Of a DNA stretch of 64,000 nucleotides, positions 37,502 through 48,084 are shown piece by piece; position 1 is the first letter of the stretch; each line of letters opens with the position of its first letter. Both the position numbers and the translations under genes were made by a program. Origin of the DNA: an uncultured Methanosarcinales archaeon (GTDB lineage: Archaea > Nanobdellota > Nanobdellia > Woesearchaeales > DSVV01); assembly GCA_964593285.1 (NCBI GenBank), contig CAZQHZ010000001.1, forward strand, positions 2,124-66,123, written 5' to 3'. The notes under the pieces were generated by a model. That model saw only the letters and a program-made list of their open reading frames with translations. It was not told the DNA's origin and did not search any database.

Positions 37502-40500
37502 TTATTCTTCTTTAATACTGATTTCAACTTCTTTTCCCTTAATTTTTTCACTAGATAAAATTTTATGATTTACTCCATCAATAAAAATTTCAATTGCACT
37601 AGCCCCAACTTTTTGCATAATTATTTCTGAATGTTTTGAAAGCATTTTTTCAAGTTCTTCATCGTTTGTTTTAATTCTTAAATTAATTAAATCTGTTTTT
37701 TTTAAATCATGTTTTTTCCTTAAAGTTTGAACTCTTCGCATAATCTCTCTTGCAAAACCTTCTGAATCTAATTCTTTATTTCTAGTTTTATCAATATATA
37801 TTTTTCCAAATTTAAATTTTATTTCAATTAAATGTTCTGGTAAATTTTTAATTATTTGAATATGTTTTTCTTTTAATGTTATTTCTTCTCCGTTAATTGT
37901 CATTTTTTGTCCTTCATTTTTTATTTTTTCAAGTAGTGAATCAAAATTCATAGACATAATTCTTTCAATTATTGTATCTTTTTTACTACCAAATTCTTTT
38001 CCAATTTCTGCCACATTTGGTTTAATTGTTGTTTGTCCTAATTCAAATTTATTGGTTGTTTTAATATTTTTAACATTTGTTTGGTTAATTATTATTTCTT
38101 TTAGTTTCTCAATTGAAGAAATTATCTTTTTTTCATTTGAAACAATTATGCATTCTTTTAATGGCCATCTTTGTCCAAGTTGTATTTTTTCTCTTCCATA
38201 TAAAATGGATTGAATTGCATCAAATGCAATTTCAAATTCTTCTTCAAGTTCAAAATTAATAAGTTCTTCATCATATTTTTCAAATTCAAATTCATGAATA
38301 CTTTTTTTTTCTAACTTTAATTCTTCTTTAAATTCTTGATAAATTGCTTCACTAATATATGGGCAAACCATTGAAAATAATTTTAGTGTTTTAAATAAAA
38401 CATCAAATATAACATTAAAGACTAGTTCTTTTTCTTTCTTTGTTCCAATAGATAATTTATCTCTATTTAACTGAATGTATTTTCTTGATAGTTCTAAGAA
38501 TACTTTCTCTAAAATTAAAGGTGCTTCATTTAATTTATACCTATCTAATTTTTCTTCAATTTCCTTAATTGATGAATTTAATTTTGAATAAATAAATTTT
38601 TCACTAATTCCAAAATCATTTTTATCAGGAATTTTTAATTCAATTTTTTCATTTTGAGCAAAATTTAAAATTAAATTTTTAATATTCCATAAAACTCCTA
38701 AATTTTTGTGCTTTAATTTCATATCATCAAAATTATAATTAATATCATTTCCAGGACTAGTTGATCCAATCATATAATATCTTAATGTGTCTGCTCCATA
38801 TTTTTCAATAACTTCCTCTGGTAAAATGTAATTTCCAAGTGATTTTGACATTTTCCTACCAAGAGAATCTTGAACAAATCCATGCATATAAACTGCTTTA
38901 AATGAAGGTTTTTGCATGCTAACCATTGATGCAACAAATAATAAATTAAACCATCCTCTAATTTGATCTATTCCTTCTAAAATAAAATCTGCAGGAAACA
39001 TTTTTTCAAATTTTTCTTTTTCTTGAGGAAAATTAAGACAATTCCATGACGCAGAGCCAGAATCAATCCAAACATCTAATACATCAGGTTCTCTAATCAT
39101 CTCACCACCACATTTACAATTCCATTTAACTTCATCAATCCATGGTTTATGTAAATCTTGTGGGATTTCGTTTGCTTTAACCTTAAGCTCATTAACTGAC
39201 CCTATTACTTCATATGTTTTACATTCATTACATACCCAAATTGGAAGTGGTGTACCCCAATAAATTTGTCTTGTAATTCCATTATCTCTTAAATTTTCAA
39301 GCCAAGAATCATAATTTTTAGAACCTGCATACTTTGGAATCCAATTTATTTCTTTGTTTATTTCCCGCATATTTTCTTTTAAATCTTCAATTTTGAAAAA
39401 CCATTGTTTTGTTGTTCGATAAATTATTGGTTTTTTACACCTCCAGCAGTGTGCATAATCGTGATTTATCTTTTGTTTAAATAATAACATGTCTTTTTTT
39501 TTTGAAAAATAATCAACAAACTTTTCATCATCAAGCTTTGCAGTATATCCTTTAAACACATTCATTTCTTTTGGAAATATACCCGACCTTGTTAAATTAT
39601 TAAATGGTTTTATTCCTTCCTTGTGTCCTACTTCATAATCTTCAGGCCCACACCCTGGAGCCATATGGACTAATCCAGAACCAGAAGTTGTAGTTACATA
39701 TTCTTTGCTTAATACAACGCTATGTATCTTTGGAGATTTTATTTTTAATTCATCATAAATTGGTTTTAATTCATCATTTAATGGGTGAATATACTTTAAT
39801 CCTTTTAATTTTTCTCCTTTAAATTCTTCAAGTATTTCATAATCTAATTCTAAATTTTCTTTTAAAATTTCTTTTACTAAATCTTTTGCAAGAATTAATT
39901 CTTCATTACTATTTTTTATTTTAACTTTTACATAAAATTCATCTGGATTTACCATAACTCCTAAATTAAAAGGTATTGTCCAAGGTGTTGTTGTCCATAT
40001 AACTAAATATTCATTTTCTGTGCCTTCAATTTTGAATTTTAAAAAAATAGAGTTATCATTAATATTTTCATATTCTAGTTCATGTTTTGCTAATGATGTT
40101 TCACAATTAGAACACCAAGTCATTGTTTTCTCTCCTTTATATAATCTATTATTTTCATGGGCTTTTTTAATAAGCCACCATTCACCTTCAATAAACTCTT
40201 TAGAAATAGGCTGGTATGCATTATCAAAATCCATCCAAACACCCATTTTTTTAAAATCTTCATTCATTAATTTCATATTTTTTAAGGCTGTTTTTTTACA
40301 TTCTTGTATAAATTTAGAAATTCCAATTTTTTTAATTTCATCCCTAGATTCAATGTTTAATTCTTTCATAGTCGCTTGCTCAATTGGCATTCCATGCATA
40401 TCATATCCAGCTCTATCCCATACACAAAATCCTTTCATTCTTTTATATCTTAAAATTAAATCTTTTAAACATTTATTCCAAGTAGTTCCAATATGAACTC

Positions 40501-40654
40501 TTCCAGAAGTATAAGGTGGTCCATCTAAAAAGTAAAACTTTTTTTTATCTTTGTTTTTATTTCTAACCTTATCAATAATTTTATTTTCATTCCAAAATTT
40601 GGTAGTATTTTCTTCAATTTCTTTAAAATCATAATTTTTTGCCATAATTTTCAC
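37502..40654 (-). CDS. ileS: Isoleucyl-tRNA synthetase (archaeal/eukaryotic type)
   Basis: 1050 aa; HIGH region FYFLDGPPYTSGRVHIGTTWNK, KMSKS as RKMSKSLGN, zinc knuckle WNCKCGGEM, and a CP1 editing domain. Confidence 0.9.
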   Translation of the reverse strand: MKIMAKNYDFKEIEENTTKFWNENKIIDKVRNKNKDKKKFYFLDGPPYTSGRVHIGTTWNKCLKDLILRYKRMKGFCVWDRAGYDMHGMPIEQATMKELNIESRDEIKKIGISKFIQECKKTALKNMKLMNEDFKKMGVWMDFDNAYQPISKEFIEGEWWLIKKAHENNRLYKGEKTMTWCSNCETSLAKHELEYENINDNSIFLKFKIEGTENEYLVIWTTTPWTIPFNLGVMVNPDEFYVKVKIKNSNEELILAKDLVKEILKENLELDYEILEEFKGEKLKGLKYIHPLNDELKPIYDELKIKSPKIHSVVLSKEYVTTTSGSGLVHMAPGCGPEDYEVGHKEGIKPFNNLTRSGIFPKEMNVFKGYTAKLDDEKFVDYFSKKKDMLLFKQKINHDYAHCWRCKKPIIYRTTKQWFFKIEDLKENMREINKEINWIPKYAGSKNYDSWLENLRDNGITRQIYWGTPLPIWVCNECKTYEVIGSVNELKVKANEIPQDLHKPWIDEVKWNCKCGGEMIREPDVLDVWIDSGSASWNCLNFPQEKEKFEKMFPADFILEGIDQIRGWFNLLFVASMVSMQKPSFKAVYMHGFVQDSLGRKMSKSLGNYILPEEVIEKYGADTLRYYMIGSTSPGNDINYNFDDMKLKHKNLGVLWNIKNLILNFAQNEKIELKIPDKNDFGISEKFIYSKLNSSIKEIEEKLDRYKLNEAPLILEKVFLELSRKYIQLNRDKLSIGTKKEKELVFNVIFDVLFKTLKLFSMVCPYISEAIYQEFKEELKLEKKSIHEFEFEKYDEELINFELEEEFEIAFDAIQSILYGREKIQLGQRWPLKECIIVSNEKKIISSIEKLKEIIINQTNVKNIKTTNKFELGQTTIKPNVAEIGKEFGSKKDTIIERIMSMNFDSLLEKIKNEGQKMTINGEEITLKEKHIQIIKNLPEHLIEIKFKFGKIYIDKTRNKELDSEGFAREIMRRVQTLRKKHDLKKTDLINLRIKTNDEELEKMLSKHSEIIMQKVGASAIEIFIDGVNHKILSSEKIKGKEVEISIKEE

Positions 40655-40974
40655 CCAAGTACATTAATTAAAGTAAATTTAAATTTTTTTACCTTATATT
40701 TTAAAAACAAGAATTATTAAATAATAAATAATATTTAAATATATCGTAGATAATTATGGAAATATTTTAACTATATACAAAAAATCACTTTATTTAGTTT
40801 TCTATTGGTAATGTTATTTTTTTAATCATTTTTTCTGATCTAATAATCAAATAATCATCTGTTGGAAAATTAATTCTTATCTGTTTTATTAAATCAGTAT
40901 TGTTTAATTCTTCAATAGTAATCATTACTTGATAATTTTTAAGTAATTTTATTAGTTGGGTTTTCTTAATATTT

Positions 40975-42006
40975 TTAAAAACTAATATTATCTAAAACAC
41001 CATGTGCATCATTAGATTTAATATATGGTTTTATTAAATTAAATAATTTTTTATTTTTTGAAGAAATGGTTGTAAGTAACATTTCTGTTTCATTATTGCT
41101 AATTCTTGCAAGACTATCTGCTTTTATTAATCCATATGGGTAGCCTAAGAAAACAGCATCGTTTGAGTAATATGCAAAATAGCTAACTACTTTTTTTATA
41201 TCTAACAATTTTGTTTGTTCTTTATAAATTTCTAATGTAAAAATATAATCTGATAATTTATGAAGTTTTAAAAAATAAATAATTGATTTTTGCATTTCAT
41301 TTTTTAAATCAATAAAATCATCATAATACCAAATTTCTGCTGGTGCAATTTTAGAAATTGATGCTAAAAGACAATTTCCATTATTTGTAATAGCATTATT
41401 AGTTTTTAAAATACTACTTATTAAAATATTGTTTTTAATTGCAATTTCATATAATTTATCCAACTTTTTTTTCTCAAAATCAAATAAAGTTTTAAGCGTC
41501 CCATCAAGTAAAATTATATCTCCTTCATTTAAATAATTTATAGATTCAATAGAAGTTTTAATTTCTAAGATTCTTCTTGATAAATCAATCATTTTTGAAA
41601 TGCTAAATGGTTCATTGTTAATTGAAAAATTTTTATCTTTTGAATTAATAATAATTTCATCAATTAATTGAGAATTTTGATTATATTTGAAATATTTTGT
41701 TTTATAATAAATTTTTTCATTTTCAAAAAAAGTATATGCAAAAACAAAAAATTGATTTGTTATTATTTTTTTTATTTTTTTATTTTTATAAATAATTGAT
41801 GCAGATTTAATAAAACCTAAGGAAAATGAAGGAGAATCAATTAAAACACTACTTCCTCCATCTACAAAACAAATTTGATTATTAAAACATTCTTTTTTTG
41901 TTTTAAAAAAATTATTTTTATCTATTTTATATGAATTATAAATTTCATTCGTTTTATCTTTGGTATTAGTCAAATAATTGTCTAATTCATTTAACATTTC
42001 ATCCAT
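40975..42006 (-). CDS. NurA-like nuclease domain protein (standalone)
   Basis: 343 aa; NurA-type acidic motifs ...ICFVDGGSSVLIDSPSFSLGFIKSASII... and ...GDIILLDGTLKTL...; no herA, mre11 or rad50 nearby. Confidence 0.45.
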   Translation of the reverse strand: MDEMLNELDNYLTNTKDKTNEIYNSYKIDKNNFFKTKKECFNNQICFVDGGSSVLIDSPSFSLGFIKSASIIYKNKKIKKIITNQFFVFAYTFFENEKIYYKTKYFKYNQNSQLIDEIIINSKDKNFSINNEPFSISKMIDLSRRILEIKTSIESINYLNEGDIILLDGTLKTLFDFEKKKLDKLYEIAIKNNILISSILKTNNAITNNGNCLLASISKIAPAEIWYYDDFIDLKNEMQKSIIYFLKLHKLSDYIFTLEIYKEQTKLLDIKKVVSYFAYYSNDAVFLGYPYGLIKADSLARISNNETEMLLTTISSKNKKLFNLIKPYIKSNDAHGVLDNISF

Positions 42007-42058
42007 ATTAAAATAAAAAAAAATAGAATATATAAATTTATTTGAAAAAATTAAAAAC

Positions 42059-42183
42059 TGCGGGGAGTAGGACTCGAACCCACGTAAGCACTAAGCTAAC
42101 AGGTGTCTTTATTTCATTGTAATTTTACTCATCACACCTAAAATACCTAAGCCTGTCCCGTTTGACCACTCCGGCATCCCCGC
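42059..42183 (-). tRNA. tRNA-Leu(UAG), type II (long variable arm), with a 41-nt intron at position 37/38
   Basis: Reverse complement: acceptor GCGGGGA/TCCCCGC plus A; D arm CCG-GAGTGGTCAAA-CGG; anticodon stem ACAGG/CCTGT; loop CTTAGG|intron|A; 15-nt variable arm with AGC/GCT stem; T arm GTGGG-TTCGAGT-CCTAC. Intron TATTTTAGGTGTGATGAGTAAAATTACAATGAAATAAAGAC. Confidence 0.8.
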
Positions 42184-42312
42184 ATAAAGTTAAAAATTCA
42201 CAAATTATTTAAAAATGTTTTTATTCTTATAACTCTATAATTTTTTCGAAAATTATTTAAATAAGTTAAATTGATATAAAATTATAATATACTTTAAAAA
42301 AGGGGTTAATAA

Positions 42313-42753
42313 ATGGTTAAAAAAAACAATTCTAAATATTGTTTAGTAGATTTTAAAAAAGCACAAGCAATGTCAACTGAAACATACATAGCTATTTTAA
42401 TTTTTTTAAGTGTTATAGTTTTATTTTATTCTCTATTTGCATTTACTGATATAGATCAAACACGATCAAAAAATATAATTTTTACAGTTGAAAAAATAAA
42501 ATCTGATTTGGTTTTTGATAAAGGTTTCTTAGATAATGATGATTTAGAATTTCTATTACCCCTAGATTGTTCAGATTTAAAAGATTATTTTCAAGTTAGA
42601 AATGATTTTTGTATCTTTTTAGTTGATTCAAATGATAAAATAATACCTTTTAGAAACATTACTCATTACAAATATGGAATTGGCTGTAAAGATGTTTCTT
42701 TTAATAATGGTACAACAAAATTTGAGTGTGGTAAAATTAGAGAAATTGAATAA
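42313..42753 (+). CDS. Putative pilin-like protein (N-terminal hydrophobic helix after a short charged leader)
   Basis: 146 aa; ...KKAQAMSTETYIAILIFLSVIVLFYSLFAF... is compatible with an archaeal class III (prepilin) signal (K-A | Q...); first gene of the pilus-like locus. Confidence 0.3.
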   Translation: MVKKNNSKYCLVDFKKAQAMSTETYIAILIFLSVIVLFYSLFAFTDIDQTRSKNIIFTVEKIKSDLVFDKGFLDNDDLEFLLPLDCSDLKDYFQVRNDFCIFLVDSNDKIIPFRNITHYKYGIGCKDVSFNNGTTKFECGKIREIE

Positions 42754-42789
42754 AAATTTCTAAAAATTTGTTTATAATATTTAGTAATA

Positions 42790-43335
42790 ATGAAATTAAT
42801 AAAAAAATTCAAAAAAAGAGGGTATTTTTTTATATTTGATGTAGGTTTATCTATATTTGTTTTACTTTTGGGGTTAATAATTGTTTTTTCATATTATTTT
42901 AATGTTTATTCAACTCATCAATCTTCTTATTTTTCAACTAATATAATGGATATTTTATCAAATACAAAAATTTATCAAAGCAATAATAATTATTTTGGTT
43001 TTAATGGTGATTTACATAAAAATGGCAATATAACTAATATTCAAAATTCTTTACTAACCCAAATGTCTGAATTTTATTATAGATCTGAAGAAAAAGATTG
43101 TGATTACTGTCTAAATTTAATTAATAATTCTTTTAATCAAATTACAGATTTATTAATTTCTGAAAATTATTATTATATAGTTAAAATAAATAATACTGTT
43201 GTTTTTAATACTACTAAAGATATTCCATTTTATAATTCAACTCAATTGATACCATCAAAAAAAATAGTATATGGAATTTATGAAAATAATGAAATATTTG
43301 GTCCATATGGTTTTGAGGTATGGGCATGGCGTTAA
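42790..43335 (+). CDS. Putative archaeal type IV pilin-like protein
   Basis: 181 aa; MKLIKKFKKRGYFFIFDVGLSIFVLLLGLIIVF: a KRG|Y class-III-signal-like junction followed by a ~22-residue hydrophobic helix. Confidence 0.45.
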   Translation: MKLIKKFKKRGYFFIFDVGLSIFVLLLGLIIVFSYYFNVYSTHQSSYFSTNIMDILSNTKIYQSNNNYFGFNGDLHKNGNITNIQNSLLTQMSEFYYRSEEKDCDYCLNLINNSFNQITDLLISENYYYIVKINNTVVFNTTKDIPFYNSTQLIPSKKIVYGIYENNEIFGPYGFEVWAWR

Positions 43336-44348
43336 TAAAAAATAAAAAATCAATTTTTTTTACAATAGTTAGCATTTCTTTAGTTTCTTTATTTTTAATT
43401 ACATTTATGGGTGTTTCAAATATCAGTTTTAATAGGCCTGAATTTTTAATTGAAACAGAATTTAATATTTTACATTCTTATACAAAAGAATTAAAAGAAA
43501 ATTTTATAAAAGATGTTTTAATTATAAATTCTATAAATTCACTTGAAGAAATGCTAGATTATGTTGATGATAATAATGGTGTAATAGATAATTTTCAAGC
43601 TAATTTTTCTAATTTAATGATTGATGGCTCGATAAATATTGATGGAAATGAAATAAATATTTCTCAAAATATTTCAAGCTATGTAAATGATTTAGATAAT
43701 GAAGCAAAAAGTTTATTTGGAATAAAATCTAATACTACAATTCATTCAATTGATATAATTCAGTATGAACCATGGAAAGTAAATATTTTAGCTAATATTT
43801 CAATAAATGCATCTTTATTAAATATTTCATACAATATAAATGATTTATTTAATTATTCAATATCTATAACTGGATTTAGAGATCCAGTGTATTTACGAAA
43901 TTTTAATTATAATCATTCAATAAAAAAAACAAAGTTAAATAAATTTGATACAATAGATGATGTTTTAAGGCTTATAGAAGAACGTGAATATAGACACATT
44001 CCTGATAGTCCAAGTTTTATCATGAGATTTGAGAATAAAACAACAAACTCTAATTGTTGTGGGATACAATCATTTATAAATACAACTTTTGCTCAAAAAA
44101 TAATAAATTCAAATCCAAATTATAACAGTCCTTTAAATTTTTCTTTTGTGGATTATTATTCAGCTAATAGAGTAAATTCATGTGCAGATGCTCCAGATTC
44201 ACTTGAAGATTATGAAGTATATAATATTACTGGAATCAGTAATCAAAGTATAGCAATAGGTTTTAATTTAGATGTAAATTTTATAGATTTATATAATATT
44301 TCTAATGATGTAGATCAAGAAATTTGTAAAATTGATGATTTTATATAA
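43320..44348 (+). CDS. Pilus-associated protein with N-terminal TM helix and large Asn/Ser-rich extracellular domain
   Basis: 342 aa; ...KNKKSIFFTIVSISLVSLFLITF... then N-glycosylation-sequon-rich (NxS/T) sequence; overlaps the previous gene by 16 nt. Confidence 0.35.
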   Translation: MGMALIKNKKSIFFTIVSISLVSLFLITFMGVSNISFNRPEFLIETEFNILHSYTKELKENFIKDVLIINSINSLEEMLDYVDDNNGVIDNFQANFSNLMIDGSINIDGNEINISQNISSYVNDLDNEAKSLFGIKSNTTIHSIDIIQYEPWKVNILANISINASLLNISYNINDLFNYSISITGFRDPVYLRNFNYNHSIKKTKLNKFDTIDDVLRLIEEREYRHIPDSPSFIMRFENKTTNSNCCGIQSFINTTFAQKIINSNPNYNSPLNFSFVDYYSANRVNSCADAPDSLEDYEVYNITGISNQSIAIGFNLDVNFIDLYNISNDVDQEICKIDDFI

Positions 44349-44355
44349 TAATAAA

Positions 44356-44387
<32 letters not shown>

Positions 44388-44441
44388 ACTACTATATGTT
44401 AGTTATAAATCTTTTTATATATAAAAACATCTAAAATAAAA

Positions 44442-44888
44442 ATGGAAACTGATATTTTAAAAACTGATGTTGATAAATTTATTAAATTAGTTAGACAAAA
44501 AGAAAAAATAACTGTATCTGAAGCTTCAAAATTATTAAATTTAAGTGAAAAAATAGTTCAAGCATGGACTGATTTTTTAGTTGAAGAGAAAATTCTAGGC
44601 ACAGAATATAAATTTACCACCCAGTATATTTATTTAAATTATGATAAAGATTTAGAATTAAATAAAAGTAATGATGCCGAGGAAGATATAAAAGAAATGT
44701 TTTTTAGAAAAGCTAGATTAAAACAAATTTCTGAATTAAAAATAAAAGAAATGTGGAAAAAATATCTAAATGAAAATCAATTTAATATAAAAGAAAAATT
44801 TTTTAAAAAATGCAAGGAAAAATTAATTCCTGATGAAAAAGTTGATGAATTATGGTTAAAATATTTTAGTATTTTAAAAGAGGATTAA
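44442..44888 (+). CDS. Small soluble protein with possible N-terminal winged-helix
   Basis: 148 aa; ...ITVSEASKLLNLSEKIVQAWTDFLVEEKILGTEYK... looks wHTH-like; K/E-rich tail. Confidence 0.3.
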   Translation: METDILKTDVDKFIKLVRQKEKITVSEASKLLNLSEKIVQAWTDFLVEEKILGTEYKFTTQYIYLNYDKDLELNKSNDAEEDIKEMFFRKARLKQISELKIKEMWKKYLNENQFNIKEKFFKKCKEKLIPDEKVDELWLKYFSILKED

Positions 44889-44890
44889 AA

Positions 44891-45733
44891 ATGGATATAG
44901 ATGATTTTTTAGATTTAGAAATTTCAAAACAAGGAATGAAGGCAGGTTCTTCAGGGAAATTAAAAAACAATGATGAATTGTTTAGTGAATTAGATAATTT
45001 AAAACATGTAGTTGCCCAAAAAGATTTTTTTACAGCACTTAATAATTTAATAAATTTAAAACATAAATATCACGATTTAACAAAAAAACAATTAAATGAA
45101 AATAGATTTATTTTTAATGAATTAATTAAGATTAATTCAGATTTAATTTCAAAAATTGATTTAATTAAACAAGATTTATATAAAAAAATAAATCTTATTC
45201 AAAATTTAATTGTTGATGCTCAAACTAAATTAAATGAAGGAAATATTAGTGAAGCTAATAAAATTTATTTACAAACAAAAAACTTAATTAAAGATATTCC
45301 TGATATTTTAATTGAAGAAAAAAAAGCATTAAATAATCAATTAACTGCATTTTATGTTTCTTATTCTGTTTTAATACAAAAAAAATCTGAACAAATATTT
45401 ATTGAAAAAAAAGATTATCTTTTAAATGTAATTAAAAAAGCATATGAATATATAAAAAGTGGAAATAAATTTCCATTGAAAACTTTTGAGCATATTAATA
45501 AATTATTTAATGATTTACCAGAAGGACATTTATATCAAAAAGCAATAATATACAATGATATTTTAAAATTATTTAGAACAGCTGCACTTTCTGAAGAAAA
45601 TTCAAATATAGTAAATACAATCATTTCACAGACTTTAAATTTAAATAATGAGCATTTAGTAAAAAAACCTACAAATTTAGATTCAGAAAAGAAAGCCATT
45701 AATTTAGATTCACAAAAAAATATAAATAATTAA
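44891..45733 (+). CDS. Coiled-coil hypothetical protein in the pilus locus
   Basis: 280 aa, helical with heptad-like periodicity; no P-loop. Confidence 0.35.
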   Translation: MDIDDFLDLEISKQGMKAGSSGKLKNNDELFSELDNLKHVVAQKDFFTALNNLINLKHKYHDLTKKQLNENRFIFNELIKINSDLISKIDLIKQDLYKKINLIQNLIVDAQTKLNEGNISEANKIYLQTKNLIKDIPDILIEEKKALNNQLTAFYVSYSVLIQKKSEQIFIEKKDYLLNVIKKAYEYIKSGNKFPLKTFEHINKLFNDLPEGHLYQKAIIYNDILKLFRTAALSEENSNIVNTIISQTLNLNNEHLVKKPTNLDSEKKAINLDSQKNINN

Positions 45734-45739
45734 GGGGTT

Positions 45740-47242
45740 TTGATGTCAAAAAATAATAATATAGAATTTCAATTAATTGAGAAAGATAAATTAACAGCTA
45801 ATGAATGGCTTGATTCTTATAAATTGAATGTTAATAATGTGTTAGTCGATGTAAATATATTTTTTAGAGATGAAGATTCTATACCTATCTATGAAGTAAA
45901 TATTGTTAATATGACTAAAAATACTAAAATTATTTTAGAAAAAATTAGAGAAGAATTTATCTCAAAAGTTAATATCAATACTTCTGAAATTTCTGATTCA
46001 AAAGGATTAGATAAATTAAAAGATTTGTTTAGAAAAGAATTAATAGTTTTACTTAAAAAATATTTTCCAAGTTTAGATAATAAAACACAAGATATGCTTA
46101 TGAATTATGTTATTGAACAAAATTTGGGTCTTGGATATATTGAAATTTTGCTTAAAGATAATTTAATTGAAGAAGTTGTTATAAATAATGCAAAAGAGCC
46201 TGTATGGATTTATCATGTAAAATTTGGTTGGATGAAAACAAATATCTTAATTCCAACAGAATCAAGAATTAGACATTTTGCAACAATTATTGCAAGAGAT
46301 GCAATTAAAGAAATTACCAATTTAAATCCATTAATGGATGCACATTTATTGTCAGGAGATAGAGTAAATGCAACGCTTCATCCAGTTTCTAGTTTTGGAA
46401 ATACATTAACTATTAGAAAATTTTCATCAATCCCATGGACCATCACAAGAATGATTAAATCAAATACATTAGATTATAAAACTGCTGCAATTTTATGGTT
46501 ATGTATTCAATATGAATTTTCAATAATAATTGCAGGTGGTACTGGTTCTGGTAAAACTTCTATGTTAAATACGGTTGCTGGTTTTTTTGCATCAAATCAA
46601 CGAATTATATCTATTGAAGATACAAGAGAATTAAAATTGCCACCACAATTACACTGGGTTCCATTAGCAACTCGACAATCTAATCCCGAAGGAAAAGGTG
46701 AAGTTTCTATGCTTGATTTAGTTATCAATTCACTTAGGATGAGACCTGATAGAATTATAATGGGTGAAATTAGACGAAAAAAAGAAGCAGAAGTTTTATT
46801 TGAAGCAATGCACACAGGCCATAGTGTTTATGGAACATTTCATGCAAATACTGCAAGAGAAGTTATTCAAAGACTTACAAATCCACCAATCGATTTACCA
46901 AAAGCATTAGCTTCAGCAGTAAATTTAATTGCTGTTCAAAATAGGAATAGAAGAAATAATACTAGAAAATTATTTGAATTAGCAGAAGTATTGCCCGATG
47001 GTGAAGTAAATATACTTTATAGGTATAATATTTTGGAAGATAAAATAAAAAAAGTTAATGATTTTAAAGTAATAAATAAATTACTTGAATTATATGCTGG
47101 TTTTGATGATAATAAAATAAATGAAGAATTAAAAAAACGAGAAAATATTTTAAAATGGATTGTTGAAAAAAACATTAATTCATTAGAAAAAATAGGACAA
47201 GTAATGTCTAATTTTTATCGTGATAAATTCAAATTTGAATAA
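45740..47242 (+). CDS. Type IV pilus/archaellum assembly ATPase (FlaI/ArlI-TadA/VirB11 superfamily)
   Basis: 500 aa; Walker A IIAGGTGSGKTS, Asp box/Walker B ...RPDRIIMGEIR, His box EAMHTGHSVYGTFHA. Confidence 0.85.
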   Translation: MMSKNNNIEFQLIEKDKLTANEWLDSYKLNVNNVLVDVNIFFRDEDSIPIYEVNIVNMTKNTKIILEKIREEFISKVNINTSEISDSKGLDKLKDLFRKELIVLLKKYFPSLDNKTQDMLMNYVIEQNLGLGYIEILLKDNLIEEVVINNAKEPVWIYHVKFGWMKTNILIPTESRIRHFATIIARDAIKEITNLNPLMDAHLLSGDRVNATLHPVSSFGNTLTIRKFSSIPWTITRMIKSNTLDYKTAAILWLCIQYEFSIIIAGGTGSGKTSMLNTVAGFFASNQRIISIEDTRELKLPPQLHWVPLATRQSNPEGKGEVSMLDLVINSLRMRPDRIIMGEIRRKKEAEVLFEAMHTGHSVYGTFHANTAREVIQRLTNPPIDLPKALASAVNLIAVQNRNRRNNTRKLFELAEVLPDGEVNILYRYNILEDKIKKVNDFKVINKLLELYAGFDDNKINEELKKRENILKWIVEKNINSLEKIGQVMSNFYRDKFKFE

Positions 47243-47250
47243 AATTAAGG

Positions 47251-48084
47251 GTGATTTTTATTGTTGATTTAATTAATTTAATTAAACCTATGTTTCCAGA
47301 TTTAGAATCTAATATAAAAAAGGCTAAATTAAATCAAAAACCAGAAGATTTTATTAAAAAATCAGTAAATGTTGGATTATTTTTTTCTACATTTTCTCTA
47401 ATTATTTCTTTTTTTATTTTAAGCACGCTTAATAAAAATTTATTAGTATTAATACCTATTTTTATTGTTTCTTTCTTCATTATTTTTTTTATAATTATAA
47501 ATTCACCAATTGTTACAATAAAAAAAAGACAAAGAGAATTAGACAAAGAAATATTATTTGCAGGAAGATTTTTACAAATTAAGTTAAAATCAGGTAAACC
47601 ACTACTTAATTGTTTAATTGAAGTTTCTAATGGTTATGGTGTTTGTGGAAAATATTTTAAAGAAATAACTGATGATATCAATATGGGTAAAAGTATTGAA
47701 AAAGCCCTAGAAAATGCAATGATTTATTCACCATCTGATAAAATGAAAAGAATTTTATTTCAAATAAACAATTCATTAAAAATAGGAATTGATGTTGGTG
47801 AATCACTTGATAGAACACTTAATGAAATAACAAAAGAACAAATAAATGATATACGAATTTATACAAAAAAATTAAATTCTTTAAGTTTGTTTTATTTAAT
47901 GCTTGCAATTGTTGTTCCGGCTATTGGAACAGCAATTGTTGTAGTTATTGGTGCACTAATTGGTTTATTAACAGATGATCAAGGAGCAAAGCAATTATTT
48001 TATGCGATTTGTATTTTGATTATTATTTTACAATTTATATTTATTGCTGTCTTTAAAAATACAAGATTAACGGTGAATATATAA
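47251..48084 (+). CDS. Pilus platform membrane protein, first half (single T2SSF domain; FlaJ/TadB-like)
   Basis: 277 aa; 2 TM, cytoplasmic T2SSF-type helical domain (...KSIEKALENAMIYSPSDKMKRILFQINNSLKIGIDVGESL...), then 2 TM. Confidence 0.65.
   Translation: MIFIVDLINLIKPMFPDLESNIKKAKLNQKPEDFIKKSVNVGLFFSTFSLIISFFILSTLNKNLLVLIPIFIVSFFIIFFIIINSPIVTIKKRQRELDKEILFAGRFLQIKLKSGKPLLNCLIEVSNGYGVCGKYFKEITDDINMGKSIEKALENAMIYSPSDKMKRILFQINNSLKIGIDVGESLDRTLNEITKEQINDIRIYTKKLNSLSLFYLMLAIVVPAIGTAIVVVIGALIGLLTDDQGAKQLFYAICILIIILQFIFIAVFKNTRLTVNI

Noticed and set aside
40020-40496. 158-aa plus-strand ORF inside ileS
   Set aside because: Antisense to the IleRS catalytic core; no independent support.
40800-40935. 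Possible ~44-codon minus-strand ORF (MITIEELNNTDLIKQIRINFPTDDYLIIRSEKMIKKITLPIEN) in the 320-bp gap between ileS and the NurA-like gene
   Set aside because: No motif, no obvious RBS or promoter spacing, and such ORFs arise by chance in AT-rich DNA; not reported as a feature.
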